Assembly: GCA_963702095.1 (NCBI GenBank) | Contig: OY969706.1 | Location: 2,112,001-2,176,000, forward strand | Source of the DNA: Candidatus Bathyarchaeota archaeon | GTDB lineage: Archaea; Thermoproteota; Bathyarchaeia; Bathyarchaeales; Bathycorpusculaceae | DNA length: 64,000 nucleotides | Direction: 5' to 3' | Shown: piece after piece, positions 41,308 to 50,702 of the stretch | How the letters are laid out: each line of letters begins with the position of its first letter | Numbering within the stretch: position 1 is the stretch's first letter | Made by a program: the position numbers and the translations under genes | The notes under the pieces: generated by a model | Seen by the model: only the letters and a program-made list of their open reading frames with translations | Databases searched by the model: none | Told to the model about the DNA's origin: nothing

Positions 41308-41922
41308 ATGTTTTTTAGGCAGATTCAGCGGCATGGAGACAACTTTTCGTATATCATAGCTGACGAAGCCAGCGGGGAGGCTGCGGTGGTGGATTCAAGC
41401 TACAACGCAGACGGGTTCATTAGTGTCCTAAAAACGCAGAATTTGACCCTAAAATACATAGTCAACACTCATGGGCACACCGACCACACCGCCGGCAACA
41501 CCGAACTCCAAGCTTTGTTCGGCGCAAAAATGGTAGCGTACAAACAATCAAAAACCCGCTTCGACATTGCGGTCAACGAAGGCGACGTGTTGGGCGTCGG
41601 CAAAATCAAGCTTAAAGTAATCTATACGCCTGGGCACACCCAAGACGGCATCTGCATCTTAGTCGACGACTCCAAACTCTTGACCGGCGACACCCTTTTT
41701 GTGGGGGAATGCGGAAGAACGGATTTGCCAGGCGGCAACGCAAAAAGCATGTATGACAGCCTCTTTAACAAGCTTCTAAAACTGGATGATAAGGTTGAGG
41801 TTTATCCGGGGCATGACTACGGTGCAAGACCTTCTTCAACGATTGGTTTAGAGAGGAAAACAAACTATACGCTACAGCCTCGGAGCATCAAAGATTTTCT
41901 GGAGTTTATGCGTCAACCGTAG
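41308..41922 (+). CDS. MBL-fold hydrolase (glyoxalase II/ETHE1-like)
   Basis: NFSYII, THGHTDH, TPGHT, TGDTLF...GRTDL, YPGHDY. Confidence 0.85.
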   Translation: MFFRQIQRHGDNFSYIIADEASGEAAVVDSSYNADGFISVLKTQNLTLKYIVNTHGHTDHTAGNTELQALFGAKMVAYKQSKTRFDIAVNEGDVLGVGKIKLKVIYTPGHTQDGICILVDDSKLLTGDTLFVGECGRTDLPGGNAKSMYDSLFNKLLKLDDKVEVYPGHDYGARPSSTIGLERKTNYTLQPRSIKDFLEFMRQP

Positions 41923-42816
41923 GGGCCACTGTTTCCTGGGGCGGGCGGCTACACCGATTATGATGAAGAATATGATGAAGGCAATTACTGCAAGGGCGAT
42001 TTCAGGGTGAAGCAGAAGCTGAAAGACTAACCCAAAAAACCGCACCACCGAATTGTTTTCTAGAGTTTGCGGCGGAGCGTTCTGCGGCGACACAGGTATC
42101 CCCTGATAGGTAATGTATGAGGGCAAGGTTACCGAGTGCGCAGTTAACCATCCGCTGACGGGGTAAAAACTCGTCGGGTTCTTCATCCAAGCAAATACAG
42201 TTGCGACCCCGTAAGCATCAAGCGAAGAAACCTCTTCTCCAGCGCCGCCGCCAACACTATAGAACAAATACATTAAGTCCCCGGTATAGTTGCAGTGTCC
42301 AAGCCCAAGCCCATGTCCCAGTTCGTGAAGAGCAATGTTCTGCATATCCACGTCATTTAGGCTCATCTGGTGGTTTGCATGGGCGGCAAGGCTGATGGTG
42401 CAATTAGTTATAGTGGTGTCTCGGCTAACGAAGGTTCGGGTTAAGCCGATTTCGTCTGAAGTGTTGCTCAGCGAAGCTTCAGTCCAGTTGATGTAGATGT
42501 CATAGCCGGATAAAGTCTCATTTGAAATATTAGACTGAATAATTAAGCCTGAGAGATACGAGTAATCCGTATTGTTTTGGGCAAACTGTGTAATGGCTTC
42601 GTTCCATTGCCCGATTGCTCTGAGCGTGGCATTAATGTAGAGGGGATTCCACCATGACTCGTTGTCAGCGGGGATAACAAGAGCGTTTAAGGAAGAGTGT
42701 GTCCAAGCAAACCCCTGCACCTCGAGAGCATACGCTTCTTCGCCTGCTACGTCACTGAGAAAGAAAGCGCCGAGCAAAAGCATGGAGAGCAAGGAAAAAA
42801 TTAAAAAATGCCGCAT
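41872..42816 (-). CDS. Membrane-anchored matrixin-like (M10) zinc metalloprotease
   Basis: Signal peptide, HELGHGLGLGH, Met-turn DLMY, C-terminal TM. Confidence 0.85.
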   Translation of the reverse strand: MRHFLIFSLLSMLLLGAFFLSDVAGEEAYALEVQGFAWTHSSLNALVIPADNESWWNPLYINATLRAIGQWNEAITQFAQNNTDYSYLSGLIIQSNISNETLSGYDIYINWTEASLSNTSDEIGLTRTFVSRDTTITNCTISLAAHANHQMSLNDVDMQNIALHELGHGLGLGHCNYTGDLMYLFYSVGGGAGEEVSSLDAYGVATVFAWMKNPTSFYPVSGWLTAHSVTLPSYITYQGIPVSPQNAPPQTLENNSVVRFFGLVFQLLLHPEIALAVIAFIIFFIIIGVAARPRKQWPLRLTHKLQKIFDAPRL

Positions 42817-43076
42817 GAATTAATCAATATAGAAAAGTGATGAAGCACTTTTAAGTTTTCTTACAAGCAAAACTCTAAAAATAAAAGCGTGATTGTGCCC
42901 AATAGATAAAGCGGTAGCAGCCTAAACCTATACTTGAGGTTAAGCGAATCAAGTTATTTGAGATATCTATTTATGCATCCTGTACCAGAAAATGGTTTTA
43001 AAAGTCTCTAAGTTCATACGAGGTTAAGAGTGAAAACAAAAGTTAAAAAGTTTAAAAAGGCATAGTGAACATTGTA

Positions 43077-43220
43077 ATGAAAATACGATTTGTCAGTCCA
43101 GAGAAACCTCAAGTTCTAAGCCTAGAGGCTTTAATTTTTGCTACACTGGACAGCGTAAATCATGTTAGTCAAACGGTGCAGTTGAAAACCGGCGGCACAG
43201 GGCTGGCTGAAAAAACATGA
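43077..43220 (+). CDS. Putative 47-aa leader micro-ORF coupled (ATGA) to GT2
   Basis: MKIRFVSPEKPQVLSLEALIFATLDSVNHVSQTVQLKTGGTGLAEKT; TTTAAAAA about 26 nt upstream. Confidence 0.45.
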   Translation: MKIRFVSPEKPQVLSLEALIFATLDSVNHVSQTVQLKTGGTGLAEKT

Positions 43221-44479
43221 TAGTAACTGACATTATCTCAATTGTGCTCTTGGCAGTTTTGCTTTTTTGGTCAGTGTATAACGGCTCAATCATCTACATC
43301 GGAATAAGGAATAAACGCAGAGTCCAAGCTGCTGCCCTTGTCTCCGCCGAATCCAAAAACGCCTCAGGGGAAACACCGAAGTTTTCATTAATCGTGCCTA
43401 CAAAAAACGAGGAAACCGTAATCCGACGGTGCCTAGACGGCATACTCAACTTAGACTACCCCAAAGACAAAATACAAGTAGTCGTAGTCGACGGAAAGTC
43501 TGCTGACAGAACCTGCGAGATATGCAGCGAATACGAGGAAAAGTATCCGGGCATGTTTAAAGTGATCTCAGAGCAAACCACACATGGCAAACCAGCAGCT
43601 CTCAATCTTGCCTTATCATACGTCAACGGCGACGTAGTGGGCGTTTTTGACGCTGACAGCCTACCCGAAAAAGATGTCCTCGCAAAAGTCAGCAAATACC
43701 TAGACGACAAAAAAATCATCGCTATACAAGGCATGACCACATCCATAAACGAGAAAAGCAACGCCCTCACCCGAGTTATCTCCATGGAAGAAAAAGCGTG
43801 GTTCCAAATGTTAATGAGTGGACGCGAAAGGCTACAGTTGTTTGTGCCCCTCACAGGAAGCTGCCAATTTGTCAGACGCAACGTACTAGAAGAATTGGGC
43901 GGCTGGGACGAAAACTCATTAACCGAAGACGTAGAGTTAGCGTTGCGTCTTGTTGAGAAAAATCACATTATCAAGTATGCACCGGATGTTTGTTCTGGAC
44001 AGGAAACCCCGAGTGTTCTGAAAAGTCTTGTTAAGCAGAGGGTACGCTGGTACCGGGGATACATGGAAACCGCTTTGAAGTATGGGCGGCTCCTTGACAG
44101 GATTAACAAGCGGACGGTGGACGCTGAAGTCTCTTTGGCAGGACCTTACATGATGGTGGTTTCACTGTTAAGCTACATTAACTGGTTTATAGTAGCTGTG
44201 TTTCTCTCCCAGAGTACACCGATCCTTAACTTTACGGGTTTAGTAATCGCTTTAACCGCGGTGTCGTTGGTCTCCATCGGAGTGGGCTTAATCGCCGCCG
44301 AGAAACCGATCAGGCTTCGAAACATTTTGTGGATACCCTCAATCTATGTTTATTGGTTACTGCAGATGTTCATTGCAGGCTGGGCATTCCTCAAACTGGT
44401 TTTCAGAAGCAAAAGAGACTGGACTAAAACCAGCAAAGACGGCTCCGTGGCTCCGATGACAAAAAACAGTCCTCTATGA
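43217..44479 (+). CDS. Processive-type membrane GT2 (cellulose synthase-like)
   Basis: VVDG.S, FDADS, TEDVE, QRVRW. Confidence 0.88.
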   Translation: MIVTDIISIVLLAVLLFWSVYNGSIIYIGIRNKRRVQAAALVSAESKNASGETPKFSLIVPTKNEETVIRRCLDGILNLDYPKDKIQVVVVDGKSADRTCEICSEYEEKYPGMFKVISEQTTHGKPAALNLALSYVNGDVVGVFDADSLPEKDVLAKVSKYLDDKKIIAIQGMTTSINEKSNALTRVISMEEKAWFQMLMSGRERLQLFVPLTGSCQFVRRNVLEELGGWDENSLTEDVELALRLVEKNHIIKYAPDVCSGQETPSVLKSLVKQRVRWYRGYMETALKYGRLLDRINKRTVDAEVSLAGPYMMVVSLLSYINWFIVAVFLSQSTPILNFTGLVIALTAVSLVSIGVGLIAAEKPIRLRNILWIPSIYVYWLLQMFIAGWAFLKLVFRSKRDWTKTSKDGSVAPMTKNSPL

Positions 44480-44661
44480 TAACTTTCAAACTTTGCGTAG
44501 AGGTTTTGGCGGTGAAACAAGTTATCGCCCTGACAAGGGCAAGGGTTTTTAGGATGTCAATCGAACAGATTCAACGGGAAAACCAAATCATGAGTTGGGC
44601 AAACAGTAAGCATACGCCTAGTTTCAAAAGACCCACTTTAAAGCATAACTGGGAGATTTAG
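44476..44661 (+). CDS. Small hypothetical ORF between GT2 and GT4
   Basis: ATGA overlap with the upstream GT2; ends 5 nt before GT4. Confidence 0.4.
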   Translation: MITFKLCVEVLAVKQVIALTRARVFRMSIEQIQRENQIMSWANSKHTPSFKRPTLKHNWEI

Positions 44662-44666
44662 AGCGC

Positions 44667-45809
44667 TTGAGGGTTTGCTTTGTATCCTCCTACCCTCCTA
44701 ACTGGGCTAGACTAAGCGAGTACGCGGAGAATCTTGTCGAGGAACTAGCCAAGCGTCCCAATATAGAGACGATATATGTTTTAGCGGATAAAACAGACAG
44801 CAACGAGAGCCTCAAGAATAATCCTAAAATTCAGGTAATTCGGGCGTGGAACCCAGATGACCCCTTTTCGATTGCCAAAATTCTCTTTTCAGCATTAAAG
44901 TTGCACCCTGATGTTCTCCATTTTAACATGCACTTTCAGAGTTTTGGCAGAAACAGAGTCGTGAACTTCAGCGGGTTCTCACTTGTTCTGCTCTCGCGGA
45001 TGTTTGGCTTGAAAACAGTGGTTCTTCTCCATAATTTGGGGGAAAAAGTTGATTTAAGAAAAATGAACCTCAACCCCAGCCTTTTAAATAAAGTCGGCAT
45101 CCTATTAGCAACAAAAATATTACTCACCGCTCAAAACGTTGTTGTACCAGTCCAATCATACGCTCAATACATCAAAACCCATCATAAATACAAAAACGTC
45201 AAATACATACCGCATGGAACCAATACATGCAACAGCCCAAAAAAAGATTGTGAGGACAAAAAGATTCTATTGTTTGGCCACATGGGACCATCAAAAGGAA
45301 TTCCAGTGATGTTTGAGGCCTTCAAAAAAATCGCAAAAGAACAAAAAAACGTGACCCTTATCGTAGCTGGAAACAGTCACCCAAATTATTCTCACTTCAT
45401 AGACAGCCTCAAAAAAATTGCGCCGCCGAACACCAAGTTCCTAGGCTATATCCCCGAAGAAAACCTCTCAAGCGTATTCAACGATGCAGACGTCGTTGTG
45501 TTACCTTACCTGATTGCTACGGGAACAAGCGGGGTATTTCACATGTCGTGCGGTTATGGTCGACCAGTGGTAGCCTCAGATTTGCCTGAGATTAGGGAGT
45601 TAGTCAACGATGGAGCCGCGGCGATTCTGGTGCCCCCCGGCGACGCTGAAGCATTGAAGAATGCGGTGCTGCAGGTGCTCTTCGACAAAGACGTCGCAGA
45701 AAAAATTAGCAAACAAAACCTATGTTTTGCCCAAAAAGAAAGCTGGAGCTCAGTCGCCAGGGCTTACGAAGATGTCTATTTTGAGTTGCAGCACACTAAA
45801 CATCCATAA
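44667..45809 (+). CDS. GT4 glycosyltransferase
   Basis: SSYPP, IPHG, SKG, ADVVVLPY, SGV...G.PVVASD. Confidence 0.88.
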   Translation: MRVCFVSSYPPNWARLSEYAENLVEELAKRPNIETIYVLADKTDSNESLKNNPKIQVIRAWNPDDPFSIAKILFSALKLHPDVLHFNMHFQSFGRNRVVNFSGFSLVLLSRMFGLKTVVLLHNLGEKVDLRKMNLNPSLLNKVGILLATKILLTAQNVVVPVQSYAQYIKTHHKYKNVKYIPHGTNTCNSPKKDCEDKKILLFGHMGPSKGIPVMFEAFKKIAKEQKNVTLIVAGNSHPNYSHFIDSLKKIAPPNTKFLGYIPEENLSSVFNDADVVVLPYLIATGTSGVFHMSCGYGRPVVASDLPEIRELVNDGAAAILVPPGDAEALKNAVLQVLFDKDVAEKISKQNLCFAQKESWSSVARAYEDVYFELQHTKHP

Positions 45810-45867
45810 AGCGTAACGTTGCCAGTAGGTAATCTTTAATTGCGTAGCCACGATTTTCCTTTTTACC

Positions 45868-47358
45868 TTGAATTCAAAAAAGCTACTGTTTCCTCTGCTT
45901 GCCTTTGTAATCCCCATGTTAGTCAGGTTTGTTCCTGAAATCATAATGGGTCCATACGTTGTAGGGTTCGACACGTTGGCGCATTATGTGCCGACAACGC
46001 TGCTGTGGCAGCAAGGCCAGGTGAACCTGTGGAGTTTCATCGGCACAGCACCTCTGCTCTACACGATAACAGTAGGGTTGACGGCTATAACTGGTTCAGT
46101 CATGGTTGTACTCAAAGTGCTCCCGTCTGTACTGCTGGGGTTCTTGGGGCTGTCAATTTATGTTTTTGCAAGGCGAGGCTTATCCTGGTCCACTAAGAAA
46201 AGCTTGGTGCCAGCCCTAGTTGGAACCCTCTATTTTGTGGCGCTACGGATTTCATGGGATGCACTGCGAGAAGAAATCGCTTTGATCTTCTTCTTTGTTG
46301 TCCTAACAGCAATCGCCGCCATGTCAACCAAGAAGTTTTCGTGGAAAAACTACCTTTTATTCGCGTTGGCGCTGGCTGCAGTAGTATTAGCTAATCAGGT
46401 AGTCGCTGTGTTGGTGTTGGGGGTTGTGTTATTCACCGTCATCTACAAGCTGTTCCACGAAGGACGCCTAAACGCTGCGCGGTTGGTGGCTTTCTCATTG
46501 CCGGCGGTAGCGTTGTTTTTAGCAGTTTTCTATTTGAGTCCCTCTATCCCCGAGTACCGTTTAATCTTCGGTTTCCCCAGCACCCCAGACGGTTGGCTGG
46601 CGCTGTTTGGCTACTCATCCTACTTAGACATGCTGGGCAGCACAGCAGTGTTTATCCTGTTTTGCTTCTTACCCCTTCTGCCTTTGGCGCTTTTGAGCGT
46701 GCGAAGCTTCAAGAACTTCCAGATGCGTATCTGGATTCTTTTGATTTTGCTGGCTGCTTTGGTGCCTATGGTTAGCCCAAGCAACCTGCGTTTGGTTATG
46801 CTGCTGAGTTATCCGCTGGTGTTTTTCGCCATTGAAGGGGCAAGCACGTTGCAATCAGTCCGTTGGAAGCGTTTTAAAAAACCGCTTTTGGGAGTGGGAA
46901 TGGCGTATCTTGTCGCTGTCACTGCGGTGTTCAGTTTAGGGTTTATGGTGTTGCCTTCGTCGTCGCCTTTTCCCTACTTTGTAGCGGGAGAATTCAACAG
47001 TCACATCTACCAGATACCCTCGTCTATGCTGCAAAACACCGTTTCCATAGAGGATTGCCCAGACGCGGCTAACGTGGTTCAATGGGTCAAAAACCACATG
47101 GACGCAGACTCGGTGCTGTTGACGCATAGGGCTTTCTACGGATGGGCGCTTCCAGAAATAAATTCCAGCCAAATAGTCTTGTACGAATACGATAATCCCG
47201 CCGACGCCGCAGGCAGCCTAACAGGCAATTACAGCCATGTCTACTTGGTTTGGTGGATAGACGGGGAAGGCTGGTACGGTTTACCATCGGTGCCCTCGGT
47301 GTTTCAACAGGTCTATCAGAGCGGTAACATGGCAGTTTACACGTATGCACCCAGCTAG
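45868..47358 (+). CDS. Multi-pass membrane protein (possible GT-C fold)
   Basis: VGFDTLAHY in the first loop, about 12 TMs, C-terminal soluble domain. Confidence 0.6.
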   Translation: MNSKKLLFPLLAFVIPMLVRFVPEIIMGPYVVGFDTLAHYVPTTLLWQQGQVNLWSFIGTAPLLYTITVGLTAITGSVMVVLKVLPSVLLGFLGLSIYVFARRGLSWSTKKSLVPALVGTLYFVALRISWDALREEIALIFFFVVLTAIAAMSTKKFSWKNYLLFALALAAVVLANQVVAVLVLGVVLFTVIYKLFHEGRLNAARLVAFSLPAVALFLAVFYLSPSIPEYRLIFGFPSTPDGWLALFGYSSYLDMLGSTAVFILFCFLPLLPLALLSVRSFKNFQMRIWILLILLAALVPMVSPSNLRLVMLLSYPLVFFAIEGASTLQSVRWKRFKKPLLGVGMAYLVAVTAVFSLGFMVLPSSSPFPYFVAGEFNSHIYQIPSSMLQNTVSIEDCPDAANVVQWVKNHMDADSVLLTHRAFYGWALPEINSSQIVLYEYDNPADAAGSLTGNYSHVYLVWWIDGEGWYGLPSVPSVFQQVYQSGNMAVYTYAPS

Positions 47359-47397
47359 ACGGTGGTTTCTAAAGAGGACTCAACATGCCTCCACGGC

Positions 47398-47512
47398 ATT
47401 GTAGAACAAAAACACAGTCGCCTGCCAAGTCCACAGGAAGAAGAAGCGTATAGGGGTCTGCGCCTCCTTCTAATAATAGGAAAATACAAAAAGCCAAAGT
47501 TGATCCACTGTT
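47398..47512 (-). repeat. Family A element, copy 5 (partial or diverged)
   Basis: GTAGAACAAAAACACAGTCGCCTGCCAAGTCCACAGGAAGAAG...CTTCTAATAATAG...TTGATCCACTG. Confidence 0.75.
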
Positions 47513-47548
47513 AACAAGGAGAGGGGAGGTCTATTAGAGTATAACAAA

Positions 47549-47863
47549 TTAGGGTTGAGTTTTGGATTCTTGAGGCTCCGCCGTCTTACGCTTCCTAAAC
47601 AGGATAAACACGTGTCCGCGGACTTCAACCAACGCTGCCTCAGTTTCCTTTGCCGCTTTATCCGCAATGGTCTCAGCAGTGTTTAGTTCCTTTAGTGCAG
47701 CGGGCAATATTCTGACTTTTACCATCTTGTTCTGTTGAAGCTGCTTCTCCATTTCAGCGATTGACTGCGCTGTTAAGCCGTCTTTGCCTACCCAGATTGT
47801 GGGGGTTTCATCCTTCAAGACATGCCTAACGTGACGCTTCATCCTTGTCGTTATCTTACTCAA
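47549..47863 (-). CDS. yhbY: YhbY/CRM RNA-binding protein
   Basis: PTIWVGKDGLT, MVKVRIL, VRGHVFILFR. Confidence 0.9.
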   Translation of the reverse strand: MSKITTRMKRHVRHVLKDETPTIWVGKDGLTAQSIAEMEKQLQQNKMVKVRILPAALKELNTAETIADKAAKETEAALVEVRGHVFILFRKRKTAEPQESKTQP

Positions 47864-48185
47864 CTTCGGTGTGCACCTTTTTCTTTAACATATAACGGGT
47901 TTGGTTCCCGCAGTTTAAACATGTTACTACCACGTGGGGCTCCCTTTTCTGTTTTACCCTAACACGGCAGTTGACGCCATGTACAAACATGGCATTGCAT
48001 TCTTTGCAGGTGCGGCGGCGAAACTCAAGGGGCAAACGGATTTTAGCTGCCATCGCAATTCGACGGGCAGAACCAACGTATTGAGCCGCCAACTTGGGGT
48101 CTGCCCTCGCTACTTTCTGGGCTTGCCCAAACAGTATTTCGATGCGTTGCCGCGCAATCTGCTTGATGCTGCTTTGCTTCATCAT
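47856..48185 (-). CDS. rnp4: Ribonuclease P protein Rpp21
   Basis: IARQRIEILF, CKEC, VVTCLNCG..TRY. Confidence 0.93.
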   Translation of the reverse strand: MMKQSSIKQIARQRIEILFGQAQKVARADPKLAAQYVGSARRIAMAAKIRLPLEFRRRTCKECNAMFVHGVNCRVRVKQKREPHVVVTCLNCGNQTRYMLKKKVHTEVE

Positions 48186-48254
48186 ATGTTTAAACGATGC
48201 AGAATGTGCGGTTCGCTTACATAATGCTTGCGCCTAAACATAGAAAGTTCTGTC

Positions 48255-48403
48255 TTCTGTGCCTTAATTTCTTGTTTTGGTTTAGTTGTTGTTGCAGAAA
48301 ACCCCCTACACACAACAACCAGCACTTTGTGGGGGCAACTGCGTTTCTGTGTTGGACTGAGAGTTGGGTTGCATGCTGGTTGTTGAGGAAACCGCAACCA
48401 GAA
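48255..48403 (+). repeat. Family A element, copy 6 (GTT-stem variant)
   Basis: TTTAGTTGTTGTTG...ACAACAACCAG...TTGGGTTGCATGCTGGTTGT...GCAACCAGA, closest to copy 4. Confidence 0.75.
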
Positions 48404-48890
48404 GATTTCCAAGCGGTATGGCTTTGCTGCTTTGCCGCATTCCGCCCCTCCCCACAAAAAGGCGGCTTTTCAATATACTTTTGAACTGGTTACCCGCCAA
48501 CAGCACCTACCCTCTCCAAGAGTCCACCACCCTCCAAAATGCGCCAAACGCACCCACCCGCCGACAACACAGACCCCTCTACAGGTTCTGCAACGATCTT
48601 CTATTTGTATCCAAATATGACGGCGAAAAACGCACCCAAGAAACCGCTTTACAGGGCAGCCGTTGCGTTTCCCGTGAAACCGTCATCTGGCTGAAAGGAA
48701 AAAAATCTTGGAAAGAAGCCATACTCCAAAGAAGCTAATACGGTCCAAGTTACGAGCTATTGTTTCATTTAGTGACTTGTGGGTTATAGCCAACTTGTTT
48801 CAGAAGGAACTTATTGGTATCCCTATTAACAATTTTCAGTAAACTTCCTTTTTCCCATTGTTTCTGTTTCCTCAGGGCTGAGTTATGTAC

Positions 48891-49329
48891 TTATTTCTGA
48901 TTTAGTGGGTCTTTGATTGTTAGGTTGGTGTTTTTCCAGGTTATTTTTTGGTATTTTAGGAGTTCTTTGTCGTGGGTGTACATGATGGGTGTTTGGTTGG
49001 CTAAAAAATTGGCTACTATGAGTGAGTCTCTTCCGCCCAAGCTGTACTGAACCGATATGTTGAGGGCTATTACGCTGTTTTTTCGAGTTTGATTGTAGTA
49101 TTGTGTGTTGTCTTCGTTTAGCAGTGTTTTTAGGGCGTCAGCGGCATCTTCAGGTAGCCATTTTTGCGAGCGGACTAGTGTATGGTATGCTTCATGGATT
49201 GTTGTGGCGTTGAACGCAATTTTATTTTCAAGGGTTCAGTTCAGAGAGCAAATGTTTTAGGGTTTCGTGTTCGGGGTATGCGTCGTCTAGGGCATAACAA
49301 ATGATGTTGGCGTCTAAGCCCACGATCAT
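48891..49329 (-). pseudogene. vapC: VapC/PIN-domain toxin, 1-nt frameshift near 49231 (not in ORF track)
   Basis: MIVGLDANIICY...TIHEAYH...GGRDSLI...YTHDKEL; overlaps the antitoxin stop. Confidence 0.82.
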
Positions 49330-49580
49330 TCAGTCTTGCTCCAGATTGACTTCATCTTTTCAGGCGACCAATTCTCAGGTGTCCCCGTGCGGCGATGTTT
49401 TGAGTTGATGATTCTGCGTAGTTTTTTGTTGGTGTCTTCTTTTTTGCCTGGTAAGAGGAGAAAACCTTCGGGGGTTCGCTTTAGGGTCGCGGTGTCGCCG
49501 ATTTCTTCTCGGATTTCTGCTGGGATACAGATGCGCCCTTTGGAATCCACTTTAACGGTGACTTCTTCCCCGAACTCCAT
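49326..49580 (-). CDS. vapB: AbrB/MazE-type VapB antitoxin
   Basis: VKVDSKGRICIPAEIREEIG. Confidence 0.85.
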   Translation of the reverse strand: MEFGEEVTVKVDSKGRICIPAEIREEIGDTATLKRTPEGFLLLPGKKEDTNKKLRRIINSKHRRTGTPENWSPEKMKSIWSKTE

Positions 49581-49790
49581 GTTCCCACGCTAACAAGTGG
49601 GCGAAAGAAGAATTTAAAACATCCCAAAAAATCTCTAACCGAAATGGAGTTTGGAGGGAGCAAAGAGGGAGGGGTTTTGCCGTGTTGGGTCTAAACCCCA
49701 TAGCAGTCACTGGCTGTCTAAGACATTGTGCGCATTATGTTCGGTTAGCCGTTGAGGGTATTGAGGGCTTGGTTAGGTAAGCTGCCGCAT

Positions 49791-50702
49791 TTAAGACGGT
49801 CCCGTATAGCTGGTTTTTTGGGTAAGCTCCAGTTTTAGCTGTTCAAGCGCCCTATCCATCGAGAGAGGTTTACAGTTCAGCGCCCGCTGCGCTTTGGAGG
49901 TGTCAAGCGAGGAGTCCTCTGGGCGTTTTGCGGGCCAAGAAAACTGTGAAGACACTGCCTTATCGATTAAGCTCTTGTCAAGACCGAAGACATCGGCGAT
50001 TTTCTCTGCAAACTCAAAGCGGCTAACCCTCGTAGCCCCACACAGATGGTAAACCCCTGTTAAGCGGCGCTCAACAACTTCCAAAGTCATCTCCGCCAAG
50101 CTCGTATTGAGCGTTGGCGTGTTCCATTGGTCAGTAACGATTTTCACGCGGTCACCCTTGCGGAGGGTTTCTATTAGCCATAGTGCAAAGTTGACTTTTC
50201 CAGCGGCAGGCGTTGAACCGTAAATCACGCTGGGGCGGGCGATTAAGAAGTCGGTTTCTGGGAGGGTTTGCACGATTTCTTCTGCGAGAAGCTTGGTTAA
50301 CCCGTAGTAGTTGGTGGGTTCAGGTGAGTCTGATTCGACGTAGCATCCTTTTTCGCCGCTAAACACGTAGTCGGTGGATATGTAGATTAAGAATGAACCG
50401 GTTTTTTGGCTGGCGTGGGCGATGTATTTTGTGCCGTCCACGTTGACTCTCCAAGCCAACGCCTTATCCAACTCGCATTTATCCACGTCCGTTAGGGTGG
50501 CTGCGTGGACGACGACGTCTGGTTTGATGGTTCTGAAGGCTTCCTCGACCCGGGCTCTGTCGGAGATGTCGAGTTTAACAAAGTTGCCGTAGACAGAGAG
50601 GCTTTGGATGTCTGATGAGTAAACCTCGATGCCTCTACTAAGGGCCAGCTGCGCCAGTTTCGAACCGTACAGTCCGCTGGCGCCAGTGATTAGGAGCTTC
50701 AA
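49791..50702 (-). CDS. rmlD: dTDP-4-dehydrorhamnose reductase
   Basis: ITGASGLYG, YISTDYVF, YGLTK, AKRP.DSSL. Confidence 0.93.
   Translation of the reverse strand: MKLLITGASGLYGSKLAQLALSRGIEVYSSDIQSLSVYGNFVKLDISDRARVEEAFRTIKPDVVVHAATLTDVDKCELDKALAWRVNVDGTKYIAHASQKTGSFLIYISTDYVFSGEKGCYVESDSPEPTNYYGLTKLLAEEIVQTLPETDFLIARPSVIYGSTPAAGKVNFALWLIETLRKGDRVKIVTDQWNTPTLNTSLAEMTLEVVERRLTGVYHLCGATRVSRFEFAEKIADVFGLDKSLIDKAVSSQFSWPAKRPEDSSLDTSKAQRALNCKPLSMDRALEQLKLELTQKTSYTGPS

Noticed and set aside
43080-43216. Known riboswitch (c-di-GMP or fluoride) upstream of GT2
   Set aside because: Consensus motifs were not found; a coupled micro-ORF explains the region at least as well.
48182-48738. Several 60-124 aa ORFs upstream of rnp4
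   Set aside because: They overlap a repeat element and skewed non-coding DNA, with no recognisable motifs.
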